Below the pieces are notes generated by a model. It ran no database searches. It was not told the DNA's origin and saw nothing but the letters and a program-made list of their open reading frames with translations. DNA of 64,000 bases, taken from the IMG/VR virus record IMGVR_UViG_3300020608_000013, positions 124,001 through 188,000 of that record; one strand, written 5' to 3'. Positions within the stretch are counted from its first letter, which is position 1, and each line of letters begins with the position of its first letter. Below are positions 10,401 to 19,707 of the stretch, piece by piece. Position numbers and translations under genes: made by a program.

Positions 10401-13400
10401 ATGACCTTATTTATAAAGCAGGTTCGTTTACCGTAGGTAAGGTTGCAGGTAAAACGGTTAGTGCGATATATCGTCCCCGTGATGTCTATAAGAAGGGTTC
10501 TCCCTACCCAGCGATGACTGCGGTAGATATGCGAAACGGTCTTTATAGAGACCGTGAAAGTGGTGAGGTCATTAACACTTTACGGGACATTAAAGGCGAT
10601 GTAGTAAATACAGATGGTGATCTAGTATTAACGGATACCGATATTCGTAACGGACTTTACGATAAGAACGCTCGCCGTATAACACTACCTTTCTCAACAC
10701 TAATGCGGATTAGTCGTCGACTAGCTGGGTTTGTTGGTAAAGGAGTTGGGCGCTCTACTTCTTTATTATGGAATGTCGCAACCTTTAGTCCGTTAAGACG
10801 TAGACGCGATAGAACACGACCTAATGTGGAAGGCGTTGAGGGCGATAATGGTAGTCTTCGTAGAGGGCAAGTAAACGCGCCAAGAGTTGTTGAGGTCAAT
10901 GACCCAACAATCGATAAAATCCCTACAAAATTGGATAAGCTCATCAATGTCATTAAAGAACGTATACCTGATCCAAGACGAGCGTTTAATGACCATGATG
11001 GTGATGGTGTGCGTGAGGGGTCATGGCGTAACCTATTTAAGAGGAAAGAACGTCGTGAAGAAAGTGGTCGCGGCGACGTGACGAATATCACCACGACTGA
11101 AGAGAAGAAGGGTAAGGGTTGGTTGCTTTCCCTGTTAGGTGGTGCAGGGGTTGCTACACTAATTGGTCTTAAAAAGATCAAAGAGTTCTTCTCTGGTAGT
11201 TTAATGGATATGCTTAAAGGCGTGACTGAAGTTGCTACTAAGAGTGTCACTACTGTCGGAGGCGGTATATTAAAATTACTCGTGCCCGCAGGTGCAACGG
11301 CAGCAGCCGTAGGTTTAGGTCAACGCCTCATTAACTCAATACGAGGGCTGGGTAATCGCACAAGTAATACTTATGACCAAGTTGCCAATAACGCACCGAG
11401 ACTACTTAACGCGCAAGGGATCGCAGGGAGCCTTAGTCGATTAGGCGCTAGTGTCATGGGTACTATCGGGGGTTGGTTAGGTCTTACAGGGGATAGTAAT
11501 GGTAATCGTTCAAATACACCAGCAGGTCAAAACCAAACGACACAAACGCAACCAAGTCAAACACCACAAAACCAAACAACTCAAGCGCTGAATGATGCGA
11601 GAGACACATTATCTAATGTCGAAAGACCATCGCAAGATGGGCGAAGAGGTGACGGACGAGATACTCGTGACAACCGCAATCCGTTGACGGAGGAGGATCA
11701 AGATCGTCGTGGGCGTGGTAGAGGTCGGGGTGGTTTACTACGAAGAGCGGGTCGTGGTCTTCTCAATTTCGGTAAATCCATGTTCGGGCTTAATGGTGGT
11801 ACAGGGATGGCTGCCAGCGCAGGTCGAGCGGCAGGTTTAGCACGCGCTGGGTTAATCGCTGGTAGTGTTATGTCGGGTGCAGGTGGGTTAGGTGCTGTTG
11901 TTGCGACAGCTAGTACTGTACTGGCCTCGCCTGTTGTACTAGGCGCTGCAACGTTAGCGGCTGTAGGTTATGGAGGGTATAAACTATACAAACATTTAAA
12001 CCGCAATAATGTGACAGGTTTTGATAAACTACGTTTACTACAATACGGTTATAGCGATGGGATGGAGGATCATTACTATACCGTATTACGTCTTGAAGAA
12101 GCCATGCAAGATAACTGCATTTCTTATAAAGATGGTGTGGCGACTATTGATGAGAAAACAGTACCTGTTGAAGAGATATTTGAAATTTTCGATATTCGGG
12201 CTTCAGATAGTACGTTAGTAGCACCTTTCTTGACATGGTTTGATAAACGGTTTAAACCTGTGTTCATCAGACACCTAACAGTGTTATATGGGTTAAATTC
12301 ATCGCTTAAGTTAAAAGAGATTGATAAACTTGGCGGTGATCAGAAATTGACTTATTTGAAGCGAGCGTTATTTGAGACTGGTCCTTACCACATTAATGTC
12401 TCACCGTTGCATTACTATAAAGAGCTTAGTGTTAAATGGGAACATGTTAAAGCACATGGCGAGTCATTGAAAACGCAGTTGAGTAATGAGGATGAGAAAC
12501 AGAGTCCTGGAACGGGACCTGGTAGCGCTTCTACAACCATCAAGGAAGGAGAGAAAGAACAAGTTGCTGATGTCTATAGTAAGGAGAAAGATGAAGGTGG
12601 GCAGAATGTGCCAAAAGGTGTTGATAAACTCATTGCTATGCCGCCCGCACCAGAAGGTTTGTTTAAAGGTATTGATGCGTCTAACGCACAACCACGTATG
12701 CCTGATAAACCTGTTGGAGTACCTTACATCGACCAATCCTTCCAAGGGAAGAGTGAAGCCTATGTACCCGCATCTAGCGGACATGAAAACTACTTAACTT
12801 ATCGTGTACACAGCCCACAGCAAACAGCGAGTAGTCAGCCATTACCCGAAGCTCCAGCGACTAAAGGGTATACAGTAGTAGAAGCAAAGGCTGAGGATGT
12901 ACCGCAAGAGAACTACACGCTTAATACAAATGTCGCACCGACTAAAAAGAACATGCTTGAGATTATTCGTAAAGCTGCGCTTAAAGTTGGTGGTGTTGAC
13001 CCAACCTTCGCTCAAACAGTCGCGGCTATTGAGTCATCATTAAACCCTAAAGCGAAGGCTAAAACAACTTCAGCCTCTGGACTATTCCAGTTTGTTAAAG
13101 ATACATGGTTCGAGCAAGTCAAGAAACACGGGAAGAAGTACGGGATAACTAATCGTACCAATCGCTTTGATCCAATGGCTAACTCGCTATTAGGTGTTGA
13201 GTACATCAAGTCTAACTTAGCTGCCCTTAAAAAGGTTAAAAGTAGCCCTAATGCGACCGACGCTTATCTAGCGCATTTCTTAGGTGCTGGTGGTGCGCGT
13301 ACTTTACTACGACACTTAGCGAAGAACCCGAACACTAAAGGTAATGCGATCTTATCCAGAGCTGCTAAATCGAACAAGTCTATTTTCTACAAGAAGGGTA

Positions 13401-15115
13401 GAGCGAGAACAGTTCAGGAAATCTACGACTTAATGACAAATAAGGTTAAGAAGAGAGCGGCTGAGTATGGTATACCTTTTAACGCTTCGGGTGGTATAAC
13501 TAGAAGTGGTTCTAGTGATGGAGAGTCTACTAAAGGGGAAGTTGTTAAGTCCTCACCTGTAATGGACGTGACGTTCAATAAAGATGGTGTATCGCCGCCT
13601 ACCCCATTACCTGCAAATGGTGGGTTGACAGGCGCTGGTGGTAGTGCTAATACGCAAGGGGGTGTTCCTACAACACCTGCTAGTTTTATGGGAACGAGTC
13701 AGCAAACGTTCGGTACAAATAGCGCGACTACGCCAAATGTAGAAGGTAGTGGCTCAGCAGATAAACTATTTGGCGGCGGCGCAGACTCTCCTGAAATAAC
13801 GGGTAAGGGTGACGGTGGTGGTACACAAGGTAGCAGTGTTGTTGGTCACGGCGGGGCGTTGAAAGACGGCTCTGGTGGTATGAAATACATCAAGAAGCAA
13901 CGTTCTAGTATACGTTTCAAAGGACTCAACCCTCAGCTCTGGAAACAATTTCTTGGGATGGCTGAAGAGTATGGTGAGAAGACGGGTAAATCGATTCAAG
14001 TTAACGATGGTTTCCGTACTCGCGCAATGCAAGAGGCGTTGTTTAAGAAATATGGTCCAGGACGAGCTGCTAAGCCAGGACATTCTCGACACGAGACAGG
14101 GTTAGCTATAGACATCCAAAGTGCTACTGCGGCTAAACTTGAAAAGCTTGGTCTTATGAAGAAGTATGGGTTCACCAGACCTGTAGGTCAAGAACCTTGG
14201 CATTTAGAACCCGCAGGTATACAGCTTGACCCTAAAAGGTCTAAAAGTGACCCTGAATATGCAAGTAAGATGATTGCAGCCTCCGCAGGGCGTGGCGGTG
14301 GTGGTTATGGGATGAAGAAAAATGCTCGTAAATACGGTCGTGATGTAAGTTTGGCAAAATCCCTATTCGAGGCAGGCACGCCGATTAAACCTTCAAAACC
14401 AGCGTCACCGACTAACCTCGACAAGACAGAGAAGACTGCACTGAACAAGGCAGGTATTACACCACCCAAACCTGCTATAGGGGGTGGAGGCGAAGCGCCC
14501 TCTAAAGATCAGACGATGGCTAAACTCGCGGAAGCGAACAAAGTTGTTACAGGAGGGACAACAACAAGTGGTGTTGAATATGGTAGAGACGGTAAACCCT
14601 TACCACCACTACCACCTGGCACGGTTAAAACAAACAACCCTTGGCCAATGCCATCAGCAACTAAAGCTGCGCCGACACCAGCGCCTATAGTTGCCACCCC
14701 ACCTGTTATTGATAACCTTTCTAATAGTGACGCGGTAGCAAGTGTGGATAGTGAGCCTAAACCTAAGTCTACGCCTACAACAGTGCCAAAACAAAACAGT
14801 AATGTACAATCTGTACTTAGTGGGTTGAACCCTTATCAATCAAAAGAGTTTTCACCAACGGCTGAAATTGGTACGAATACAGCAAACATGGCCAAGACGC
14901 TTAGTTCGTCAGATGTCACGCTTAGAGAGATAAAGAGTCTGTTGAATCAATACCTTAAACAAAACAAACCTTTGAATACGGGGGATAAAGTTGAAGAACT
15001 TAAGCAAGAGGAGAGTATTGTTAAACCATTACAATCTAAAAACCCTACTAGTGTACCGTTACCTACCATAACGGAATCAAAACCTTTGCCAGTAAATATG
15101 GAAAGATCGATATAA
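7415..15115 (+). CDS. Tape-measure/tail-associated lysin (phiKZ gp181-like) with lytic transglycosylase and M15 peptidase domains
   Basis: 2566 aa, next to the gp180- and gp182-like genes. SLT motif AAIESSLNPKAKAKTTSASGLFQFVKDTW (~12950-13470). M15/VanY-like GFRT..Q..L...AAKPGHSRHETGLAIDI...EPWHLE (~13910-14215). Hydrophobic Gly/Ala-rich central segments. Confidence 0.9.
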   Translation: MSLMSDNELHQLDSNEEDRMLDDLFNDDYDPQGFDKGSRDPIQSFYKGTRKELKETFTDSSKIEDLLEKTLPDEYAEALSVFNSTTSAIEDVVDASKNDFRYKAKEILTSTEKILPNKATSLKERISKLNESITIDDEDDGPIGISEEEELKQRRKEELSSALAKLARKEENRDIVTSAATSASVDNLTLSTVKGNQAILTALSALSRSTERTASFHEQITNSYYRKSLELQYRQLFTQIDTYKLSRSHFKEIELIMNKVQHNTGLPEFKKITQSERFAELSQTKFMMAAQDSLFGNAEFIKKGIENLKDKLGSKIDTIKNTASLVAQGKEAIGDEDPYEEAGKSFSKSLGVVLGKLFKGPTEEERLEALRDRAEREDPTSIWGKLYRKVTDEYHKRNDVFEENTSELRARVREIGQELGRNTASLEDVLNRTASSERLEDSMGDGFAKRFGKAAARNILSAFGEATDVNFEDRDIEDEFGAFAKRDKTTLNQVIPTLLSKIYDVTRAIHEGSDQVTETVYDRRDGKIKSREARGAEVRERFTGEAVASSYRGALEELHKKIDDLGDFDEVTSKEVKRKLSEIGFNDVLSNGLSAVNIDTLLNEKFYTPEEEDLSNKIREVLKDRLDDDKKLKGELNDELIRLRKNIRDVRGEMDEYRLEYGSDGLVDSGLITVDSNGSQSLNLDAYRRYLLGESVLQSTESERSEDTSTREETREHDPERSQRSVVDYTTLLTSIDQSLTVLTGRSVTDYSSPLTTLNDTVKTIAEKPTPDYTDAFTRITELLEEVSRKQPIDYSDKLDSTNALLTRLYERPTPSLTESLSETNALLESQVSRPDYDYSYHKQTNKLLSGIKEQLSNNGTDLQPILDGMASHRDSLIETHTLLHDKQLEVQGSLQSVVREMGETLLDCCQEQLNRLGTSKSQPTVEETYDTTSVETGDYKPIDLVELLSKRPEEIDPELLKRIDEQRYELVEETYTDGNEKVKGSLIESKLPAGYDLIYKAGSFTVGKVAGKTVSAIYRPRDVYKKGSPYPAMTAVDMRNGLYRDRESGEVINTLRDIKGDVVNTDGDLVLTDTDIRNGLYDKNARRITLPFSTLMRISRRLAGFVGKGVGRSTSLLWNVATFSPLRRRRDRTRPNVEGVEGDNGSLRRGQVNAPRVVEVNDPTIDKIPTKLDKLINVIKERIPDPRRAFNDHDGDGVREGSWRNLFKRKERREESGRGDVTNITTTEEKKGKGWLLSLLGGAGVATLIGLKKIKEFFSGSLMDMLKGVTEVATKSVTTVGGGILKLLVPAGATAAAVGLGQRLINSIRGLGNRTSNTYDQVANNAPRLLNAQGIAGSLSRLGASVMGTIGGWLGLTGDSNGNRSNTPAGQNQTTQTQPSQTPQNQTTQALNDARDTLSNVERPSQDGRRGDGRDTRDNRNPLTEEDQDRRGRGRGRGGLLRRAGRGLLNFGKSMFGLNGGTGMAASAGRAAGLARAGLIAGSVMSGAGGLGAVVATASTVLASPVVLGAATLAAVGYGGYKLYKHLNRNNVTGFDKLRLLQYGYSDGMEDHYYTVLRLEEAMQDNCISYKDGVATIDEKTVPVEEIFEIFDIRASDSTLVAPFLTWFDKRFKPVFIRHLTVLYGLNSSLKLKEIDKLGGDQKLTYLKRALFETGPYHINVSPLHYYKELSVKWEHVKAHGESLKTQLSNEDEKQSPGTGPGSASTTIKEGEKEQVADVYSKEKDEGGQNVPKGVDKLIAMPPAPEGLFKGIDASNAQPRMPDKPVGVPYIDQSFQGKSEAYVPASSGHENYLTYRVHSPQQTASSQPLPEAPATKGYTVVEAKAEDVPQENYTLNTNVAPTKKNMLEIIRKAALKVGGVDPTFAQTVAAIESSLNPKAKAKTTSASGLFQFVKDTWFEQVKKHGKKYGITNRTNRFDPMANSLLGVEYIKSNLAALKKVKSSPNATDAYLAHFLGAGGARTLLRHLAKNPNTKGNAILSRAAKSNKSIFYKKGRARTVQEIYDLMTNKVKKRAAEYGIPFNASGGITRSGSSDGESTKGEVVKSSPVMDVTFNKDGVSPPTPLPANGGLTGAGGSANTQGGVPTTPASFMGTSQQTFGTNSATTPNVEGSGSADKLFGGGADSPEITGKGDGGGTQGSSVVGHGGALKDGSGGMKYIKKQRSSIRFKGLNPQLWKQFLGMAEEYGEKTGKSIQVNDGFRTRAMQEALFKKYGPGRAAKPGHSRHETGLAIDIQSATAAKLEKLGLMKKYGFTRPVGQEPWHLEPAGIQLDPKRSKSDPEYASKMIAASAGRGGGGYGMKKNARKYGRDVSLAKSLFEAGTPIKPSKPASPTNLDKTEKTALNKAGITPPKPAIGGGGEAPSKDQTMAKLAEANKVVTGGTTTSGVEYGRDGKPLPPLPPGTVKTNNPWPMPSATKAAPTPAPIVATPPVIDNLSNSDAVASVDSEPKPKSTPTTVPKQNSNVQSVLSGLNPYQSKEFSPTAEIGTNTANMAKTLSSSDVTLREIKSLLNQYLKQNKPLNTGDKVEELKQEESIVKPLQSKNPTSVPLPTITESKPLPVNMERSI
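9596..9991 (+). repeat. Five to six tandem 22-aa (66-nt) degenerate repeats inside the gp181-like protein
   Basis: DYTTLLTSIDQSLTVLTGRSVT / DYSSPLTTLNDTVKTIAEKPTP / DYTDAFTRITELLEEVSRKQPI / DYSDKLDSTNALLTRLYERPTP / SLTESLSETNALLESQVSRPDY / DYSYHKQTNKLL... Confidence 0.8.
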
Positions 15116-15127
15116 AGCTATAATACG

Positions 15128-15151
15128 GACGCTGGTTGAACACCCGGCGTC
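15128..15151 (+). terminator. Weak GC-rich hairpin between the gp181-like and gp182-like genes
   Basis: gacgctgg-ttgaacac-ccggcgtc (one G-U pair), no U-tract. Confidence 0.3.
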
Positions 15152-15166
15152 TAAAAGGAGTAAAGT

Positions 15167-17230
15167 ATGGGGATAACCTATATTAAAGAAAAGATCACTG
15201 ACCCAGTTAGTACGTTGACTATAGAAAAATGTGATACTGTTCTTGACGACCATTGGGCGAGAAATTCGTTCTTAGTAGGTACAAGAGAGTTCAACGAGGC
15301 TATTGATAAACGTAATCGCTTTTGGTCACTAGCAGACAATGACTACACCGATACTAGAATGGGTGCGAGTATTGGTGTGAACGCCAGACCGCAATTTACA
15401 CGCTACTCTGATATACGGCATAAAGGTCGGTTAAAGGGGCGTAACGATGTAACACTGTCAGACGTAGGAGGGAGTTACGGTAAAGGTCGCTTCTATAAAG
15501 AAGCGATCGATGAACCTAGTGAGACAGTCTATTTTAGAATGGGTGTGCCGCAATTCAGTTCACTTTTCCATTTCTTTTCTAACGCGTTCGACGCAAATTT
15601 AAGTTCGTTAGCAAGGACTGGTCGAACACGATCGATTCTCTATGATGCGTCTAAAGCCTTATCTACCGTCGCTTTTGTACTAGCGTTTCCTGTACTAAGT
15701 GCAGGTGTTTTTGCAGGTAAATTACTGGGCATGTATTTCGGTAGAAACACCTCGAAGTTCTACACATTAAAACCTACAATGCACCTATACTGGGGGGCGG
15801 TTAATACAATTCTTAACACTTTAGCGATTAACTCAGGTATATTACCTCGGTTTATGCATGGTGAGTACAACGACCAGCAAATCGGTGAGAACTATGAAGT
15901 TGATAAATCGATGTTAGATAATCTGCATTCGATTATGCCTGACATATTCGATAGTACCTATGGGTTATGTGCTTACGCGATCGCTAATAAAGCACAACGT
16001 AGGGCTATTAAAGCGAAACAAGATGAGTTTGATCGTTATGATAAAGCGTCAGCGCAAGAGTGGGTGGGAAAAGTAAAGAAACATCACCAAATGTATGTTG
16101 AAGATGTTCCTGGAGACCGTACGCTTATAAATTACGTAAGGAACTACATACAGCCAAGTTATTGGCTTTCAAAAGGTGATGAGGATGAAGAGAAACTGGC
16201 GAACGACCCGAAAACAGACCCAAAGACAGGTGATCGGTTACGAGAGCCTGATGATAAAGCAAAGTTCTTTGAGTCGTTAGATGCGAATTATTCTGACGGG
16301 AGTATGTTCGCCGCTTTTAAAGTTGATCATATCGCATCAGTTCAAGAATCGTTTTCTAATTCCGTAGGGGAGTCGGATATTGCTAGTAAATTTAACAGTA
16401 TTTCCGCAACAGGTAGAAATATACGATTTAATCTCGCAGGGGGTAACATCGGCGATGATGTGATTTCTGAAGGTATTGAGATGATCGGTATGGCAATCAA
16501 CGATACTGTTACTGGGTTAGCTGAAGGCGGGTCGTTAGGGTTATCTAATATCTTACTCGGGCTATCTGGCGCTGGGTTTATTGATGTACCAAAACAATGG
16601 CAAAACTCAACCGTCACCTTACCTGAAATAACGTATACGACTACACTAGTCGTGCCCTATAATAATGTGTTCTCAAGACTCCATAATTTATTTTTACCTA
16701 TTAGTATGCTCCTCGCTACAGTACTACCGTTGTCGACAGGTAAGGCTTCATACACTTCACCCTTTTTAGTGCAAGGCTTCCATCAAGGAAAACTTCAAGT
16801 ACAGACAGGTATTATGAAAAGCATGTCGTTTAAACGAGGCGCTACTAATTTACCTTTTTCGCCTGACGGTAATGCGTTGAGTATCGAAGTGTCTTTTGCA
16901 TTATACGATGTGTCGAGTATTATGCACATGCCCCTATCCACAGGGTCGTTATTTGGTACAGACATGACAGCCGACGAGGATAATATACTAATGGATTATC
17001 TTGCTGTTTTAGCGGGCCAGGGGTTGTATGATCAACTATATACACTCCCTCGCGCTAAGTTGAAGTTAGCAAAGACTATTCGTAAAATCACTACGCTAAC
17101 TTCCCCAAGCGCAATGGCTTCGTTTGCACACCACCAAACAACTTCTACTATCTTAGGCAGTATTTTCAGTTTAGGGTCTGGGCATATAGCACAGGCTGTT
17201 AGTTCAGGGTCAGACATTATACCCAAGTAA
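15167..17230 (+). CDS. Virion tail/baseplate structural protein (phiKZ gp182-like)
   Basis: 687 aa directly after the gp181-like gene; family-type motifs G.SIGVNARPQFTRYSD, IDVPKQWQNS, YNNVFSRLHNLFLP, SFKRGATNLPF. Confidence 0.82.
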   Translation: MGITYIKEKITDPVSTLTIEKCDTVLDDHWARNSFLVGTREFNEAIDKRNRFWSLADNDYTDTRMGASIGVNARPQFTRYSDIRHKGRLKGRNDVTLSDVGGSYGKGRFYKEAIDEPSETVYFRMGVPQFSSLFHFFSNAFDANLSSLARTGRTRSILYDASKALSTVAFVLAFPVLSAGVFAGKLLGMYFGRNTSKFYTLKPTMHLYWGAVNTILNTLAINSGILPRFMHGEYNDQQIGENYEVDKSMLDNLHSIMPDIFDSTYGLCAYAIANKAQRRAIKAKQDEFDRYDKASAQEWVGKVKKHHQMYVEDVPGDRTLINYVRNYIQPSYWLSKGDEDEEKLANDPKTDPKTGDRLREPDDKAKFFESLDANYSDGSMFAAFKVDHIASVQESFSNSVGESDIASKFNSISATGRNIRFNLAGGNIGDDVISEGIEMIGMAINDTVTGLAEGGSLGLSNILLGLSGAGFIDVPKQWQNSTVTLPEITYTTTLVVPYNNVFSRLHNLFLPISMLLATVLPLSTGKASYTSPFLVQGFHQGKLQVQTGIMKSMSFKRGATNLPFSPDGNALSIEVSFALYDVSSIMHMPLSTGSLFGTDMTADEDNILMDYLAVLAGQGLYDQLYTLPRAKLKLAKTIRKITTLTSPSAMASFAHHQTTSTILGSIFSLGSGHIAQAVSSGSDIIPK

Positions 17231-18325
17231 CTCATTATCGATTAACTTACCGATAGGTTGGGTTTTGTGAACCATACCTGAAGCAACAAGTTGTTCATTA
17301 GTAACACTGTCGTTGAAAGCAGGTGTCGCTTTAACCACATTATCGTTCATTGCCAGCGCACCTGTGTTATTTCTAAACGGTGCTGTTGTAACGTAATCGT
17401 AGTTTTTCCAATTACTACCTTCTACATGATAGCCACGGTTGCGTACACTAGCGAAGTCGAAATAAGTGGGTTCTCCGTTAAAATAATCGATAAACGAAAT
17501 GCTTGTTTTGTCCCAATTTTCATCATAACGAGGTAAATTAGTACGTAAACGATCATTCATCGCTATCGCTTTTATTGGGTCACGCATATCGTTTTCAGGT
17601 AGCGCACTAAGTAGCGTGTAAGCTAAGTCTTTAGCACCTCGACCGTTAAGTAGTAGTCTAGTGAAATCGTTATCGAGTATGTCGAGAAGAGGTAGTAGAA
17701 GACCTTTACGGTTGGCGATGTTGAAGAGTTTATTAATGAAGTCAGACACCATGCCTTCTGGGAGTAGATTCGCTAAAAAGGTCGCATCACCAGGTTTGTA
17801 GTCGCAAAGTGCAGCAGAGGCTAGAAGCGACGTAGCTGCCCCTTTTTGGGCGTTTGAGGCGCTACCCCCACCATTACCCTTATCAGGACACAAACCTTCT
17901 TGATGGCCCGTGTGAGCCGCTATAAAGTCACCTAGTGATTCCAACATCGCTTCTAAGAACATACCTAGAAAATCAATGTCTTTTAATCGCTTTAAACTAT
18001 CTCGTATTCCTTTAAGATTATCCCAAATCCCCATAAGAGACTCAGCAAACTGTTTGAGTCCTCTTATGTCGATACCTAGATTCTTTAAGAAATCGCCTAG
18101 CCCGTCAATCGACAATCGACTTAGTAAATCATCTAGTAAACTTTTAATTTTGCCCTGTAACCCGTCAACGAAGTTATTGAGTAAAGCGTTTAATTGAGCA
18201 GTCATCTCTAGAACTTCAGCGGCTGTTCGGTTGAGTACGTTGTTGTCAGCAAGACCCCTGAAATTAGTGACCGCTACGTTGGTCTCTTCGTCCAACATTT
18301 TAAAACGTTGTGCGGCGATAGCCAT
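17210..18325 (-). CDS. Putative virion structural protein (conserved position convergent on the gp182-like gene)
   Basis: Start moved from 18361 to ATG 18325 (MAIAAQRF) because an AGGAG SD precedes it; 21-nt convergent overlap with the gp182-like gene. Confidence 0.6.
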   Translation of the reverse strand: MAIAAQRFKMLDEETNVAVTNFRGLADNNVLNRTAAEVLEMTAQLNALLNNFVDGLQGKIKSLLDDLLSRLSIDGLGDFLKNLGIDIRGLKQFAESLMGIWDNLKGIRDSLKRLKDIDFLGMFLEAMLESLGDFIAAHTGHQEGLCPDKGNGGGSASNAQKGAATSLLASAALCDYKPGDATFLANLLPEGMVSDFINKLFNIANRKGLLLPLLDILDNDFTRLLLNGRGAKDLAYTLLSALPENDMRDPIKAIAMNDRLRTNLPRYDENWDKTSISFIDYFNGEPTYFDFASVRNRGYHVEGSNWKNYDYVTTAPFRNNTGALAMNDNVVKATPAFNDSVTNEQLVASGMVHKTQPIGKLIDNELLGYNV

Positions 18326-18335
18326 AAAAACTCCT

Positions 18336-18393
18336 AAAAAATAAATGAATAGAAAGTACACTCACTTAATGCACGTAGCATTAAGTGAGTGTA
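18336..18393 (-). terminator. Hairpin (16-bp stem 18357-18393), 15-nt gap, then T6
   Basis: tacactcacttaatgc-acgta-gcattaagtgagtgta; A-run 18336-18341. Confidence 0.65.
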
Positions 18394-18400
18394 TGAATAG

Positions 18401-18823
18401 TTAATCGATCTGTGCGTGACCTACTACAAATAGGTTATAGAGGATGGTCAGTGCGCCTAAATAGACTGTACCTTTACCAAATTTGGCTAATGCGGTATTG
18501 AAGGGAGGTATCACGGTCTCCTCAAAATAACTACTGTAGTTTTCTCGAATCGTTTCGTCCCGTGGGGGTGGGTAACTACTAGTCACTGATTTCGTGATTC
18601 GTTTTAGGCTATTCAAACATTCTATATCTGTAGCGATATAGATAATTGCCTCAACATCGGAACGTATTTCAGTTATGTTAAGTATGTTGTCGAGAATTGT
18701 TTTACCGTATGCATCATCTACTAAGGTATATATGTTTATACTACGAAGTAAGTCTACAGTTTCGGGGCTGATTTTTTCAATATGGTTAGCTGTTAGGGGG
18801 TTGCTTGCTGTCTCGTTTTTCAT
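18401..18823 (-). CDS. Hypothetical protein
   Basis: 140-aa ORF. Confidence 0.7.
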   Translation of the reverse strand: MKNETASNPLTANHIEKISPETVDLLRSINIYTLVDDAYGKTILDNILNITEIRSDVEAIIYIATDIECLNSLKRITKSVTSSYPPPRDETIRENYSSYFEETVIPPFNTALAKFGKGTVYLGALTILYNLFVVGHAQID

Positions 18824-19289
18824 CTTCGTCAGTCTCTTCTATTTCAGGAATGGTTATTGCGCTAAAAGTCTCTTCTATCGAGGCTAGGCGTGTGGTCATT
18901 GCGTCAAAATCATCGTATGCGCCTTCCTCTTCATTTTCATAAATAACAACTCTATTCGAGACTACTAGCGCTTCGCTAAAGGTCTCGTTACTTGTGGCAT
19001 TAACTTCAACTTTTATAGTAAAATCAGGTACACCTAAATAGTTGACTAATAAGTCTATAAAGGTCTTCATAGTGAGGGAATCACCGATTAAGGTTTTGCG
19101 TATGTTACCCTTTAAGTTCGACACGTTCCGATTGTTTTTACCCGCTATTAAAAGATAGCGTGTCATGCAACGTGCCTTCATCTCTGGGTCATCTGCACCT
19201 AGACTAGTGGTGATTTGATCAAATATTGATTTTAACAGTTTATTGGAGTCTTGCCTTATGTCGGTACTGTTATCTGTACTTTCATCCAT
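18786..19289 (-). CDS. Hypothetical protein, resembling a conserved phiKZ-like family
   Basis: KGNIRKTLIGDSLTMKTF resembles a recurring jumbo-phage motif (from memory); acidic C-terminus. Confidence 0.6.
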   Translation of the reverse strand: MDESTDNSTDIRQDSNKLLKSIFDQITTSLGADDPEMKARCMTRYLLIAGKNNRNVSNLKGNIRKTLIGDSLTMKTFIDLLVNYLGVPDFTIKVEVNATSNETFSEALVVSNRVVIYENEEEGAYDDFDAMTTRLASIEETFSAITIPEIEETDEDEKRDSKQPPNS

Positions 19290-19663
19290 AATTGTTCAAT
19301 TATTAATAATTTTAAATAATCATCGTCCCTAATAGGGGTATTTAGTAACTGGACTAGTTTCATCACCTCCTTCTCTTGATAAATTTTCTTTATAATGAAA
19401 AAATCTTTAAAGTTGATTTCGTGATGGTTGTTAAATGCTAGATTACCATCTCTTTGCTCAAGTACTATATTTAAGTCAACCACTGTATTGATATTTTGAG
19501 GGATTTGTAGCGTCATTGGTTGTGAGTTAGTACTATATACACATTTAAAAATAACAGGTTCACTAATTTCTTCCATCAGGTACTTCAACTGGTGTTTGTT
19601 AGGTGTGTGTAGACGTTTATTCTTTTCTTTTCTCAAGGAAAAAATATTGGTTAAGTACATCAT
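19256..19663 (-). CDS. Hypothetical protein (start uncertain: 19663 leaderless, or 19576)
   Basis: 135-aa ORF; the first ATG is 4 nt downstream of a TATATTAT motif. Confidence 0.6.
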   Translation of the reverse strand: MMYLTNIFSLRKEKNKRLHTPNKHQLKYLMEEISEPVIFKCVYSTNSQPMTLQIPQNINTVVDLNIVLEQRDGNLAFNNHHEINFKDFFIIKKIYQEKEVMKLVQLLNTPIRDDDYLKLLIIEQLWMKVQITVPT

Positions 19664-19667
19664 GTTT

Positions 19668-19675
19668 ATAATATA
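19668..19675 (-). promoter_or_regulatory. Putative early promoter core TATATTAT
   Basis: In the divergent intergenic region 19664-19707. Confidence 0.6.
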
Positions 19676-19707
19676 TGTTTAATAGTGTTTAAAAAATAGG
19701 AGTATTT

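Noticed and set aside
19691-19698. TA-T6 motif as a fixed upstream promoter element
   Set aside because: Its distance to TATATTAT varies widely (about 16-48 nt) between loci, and here it overlaps the SD region of the + strand gene
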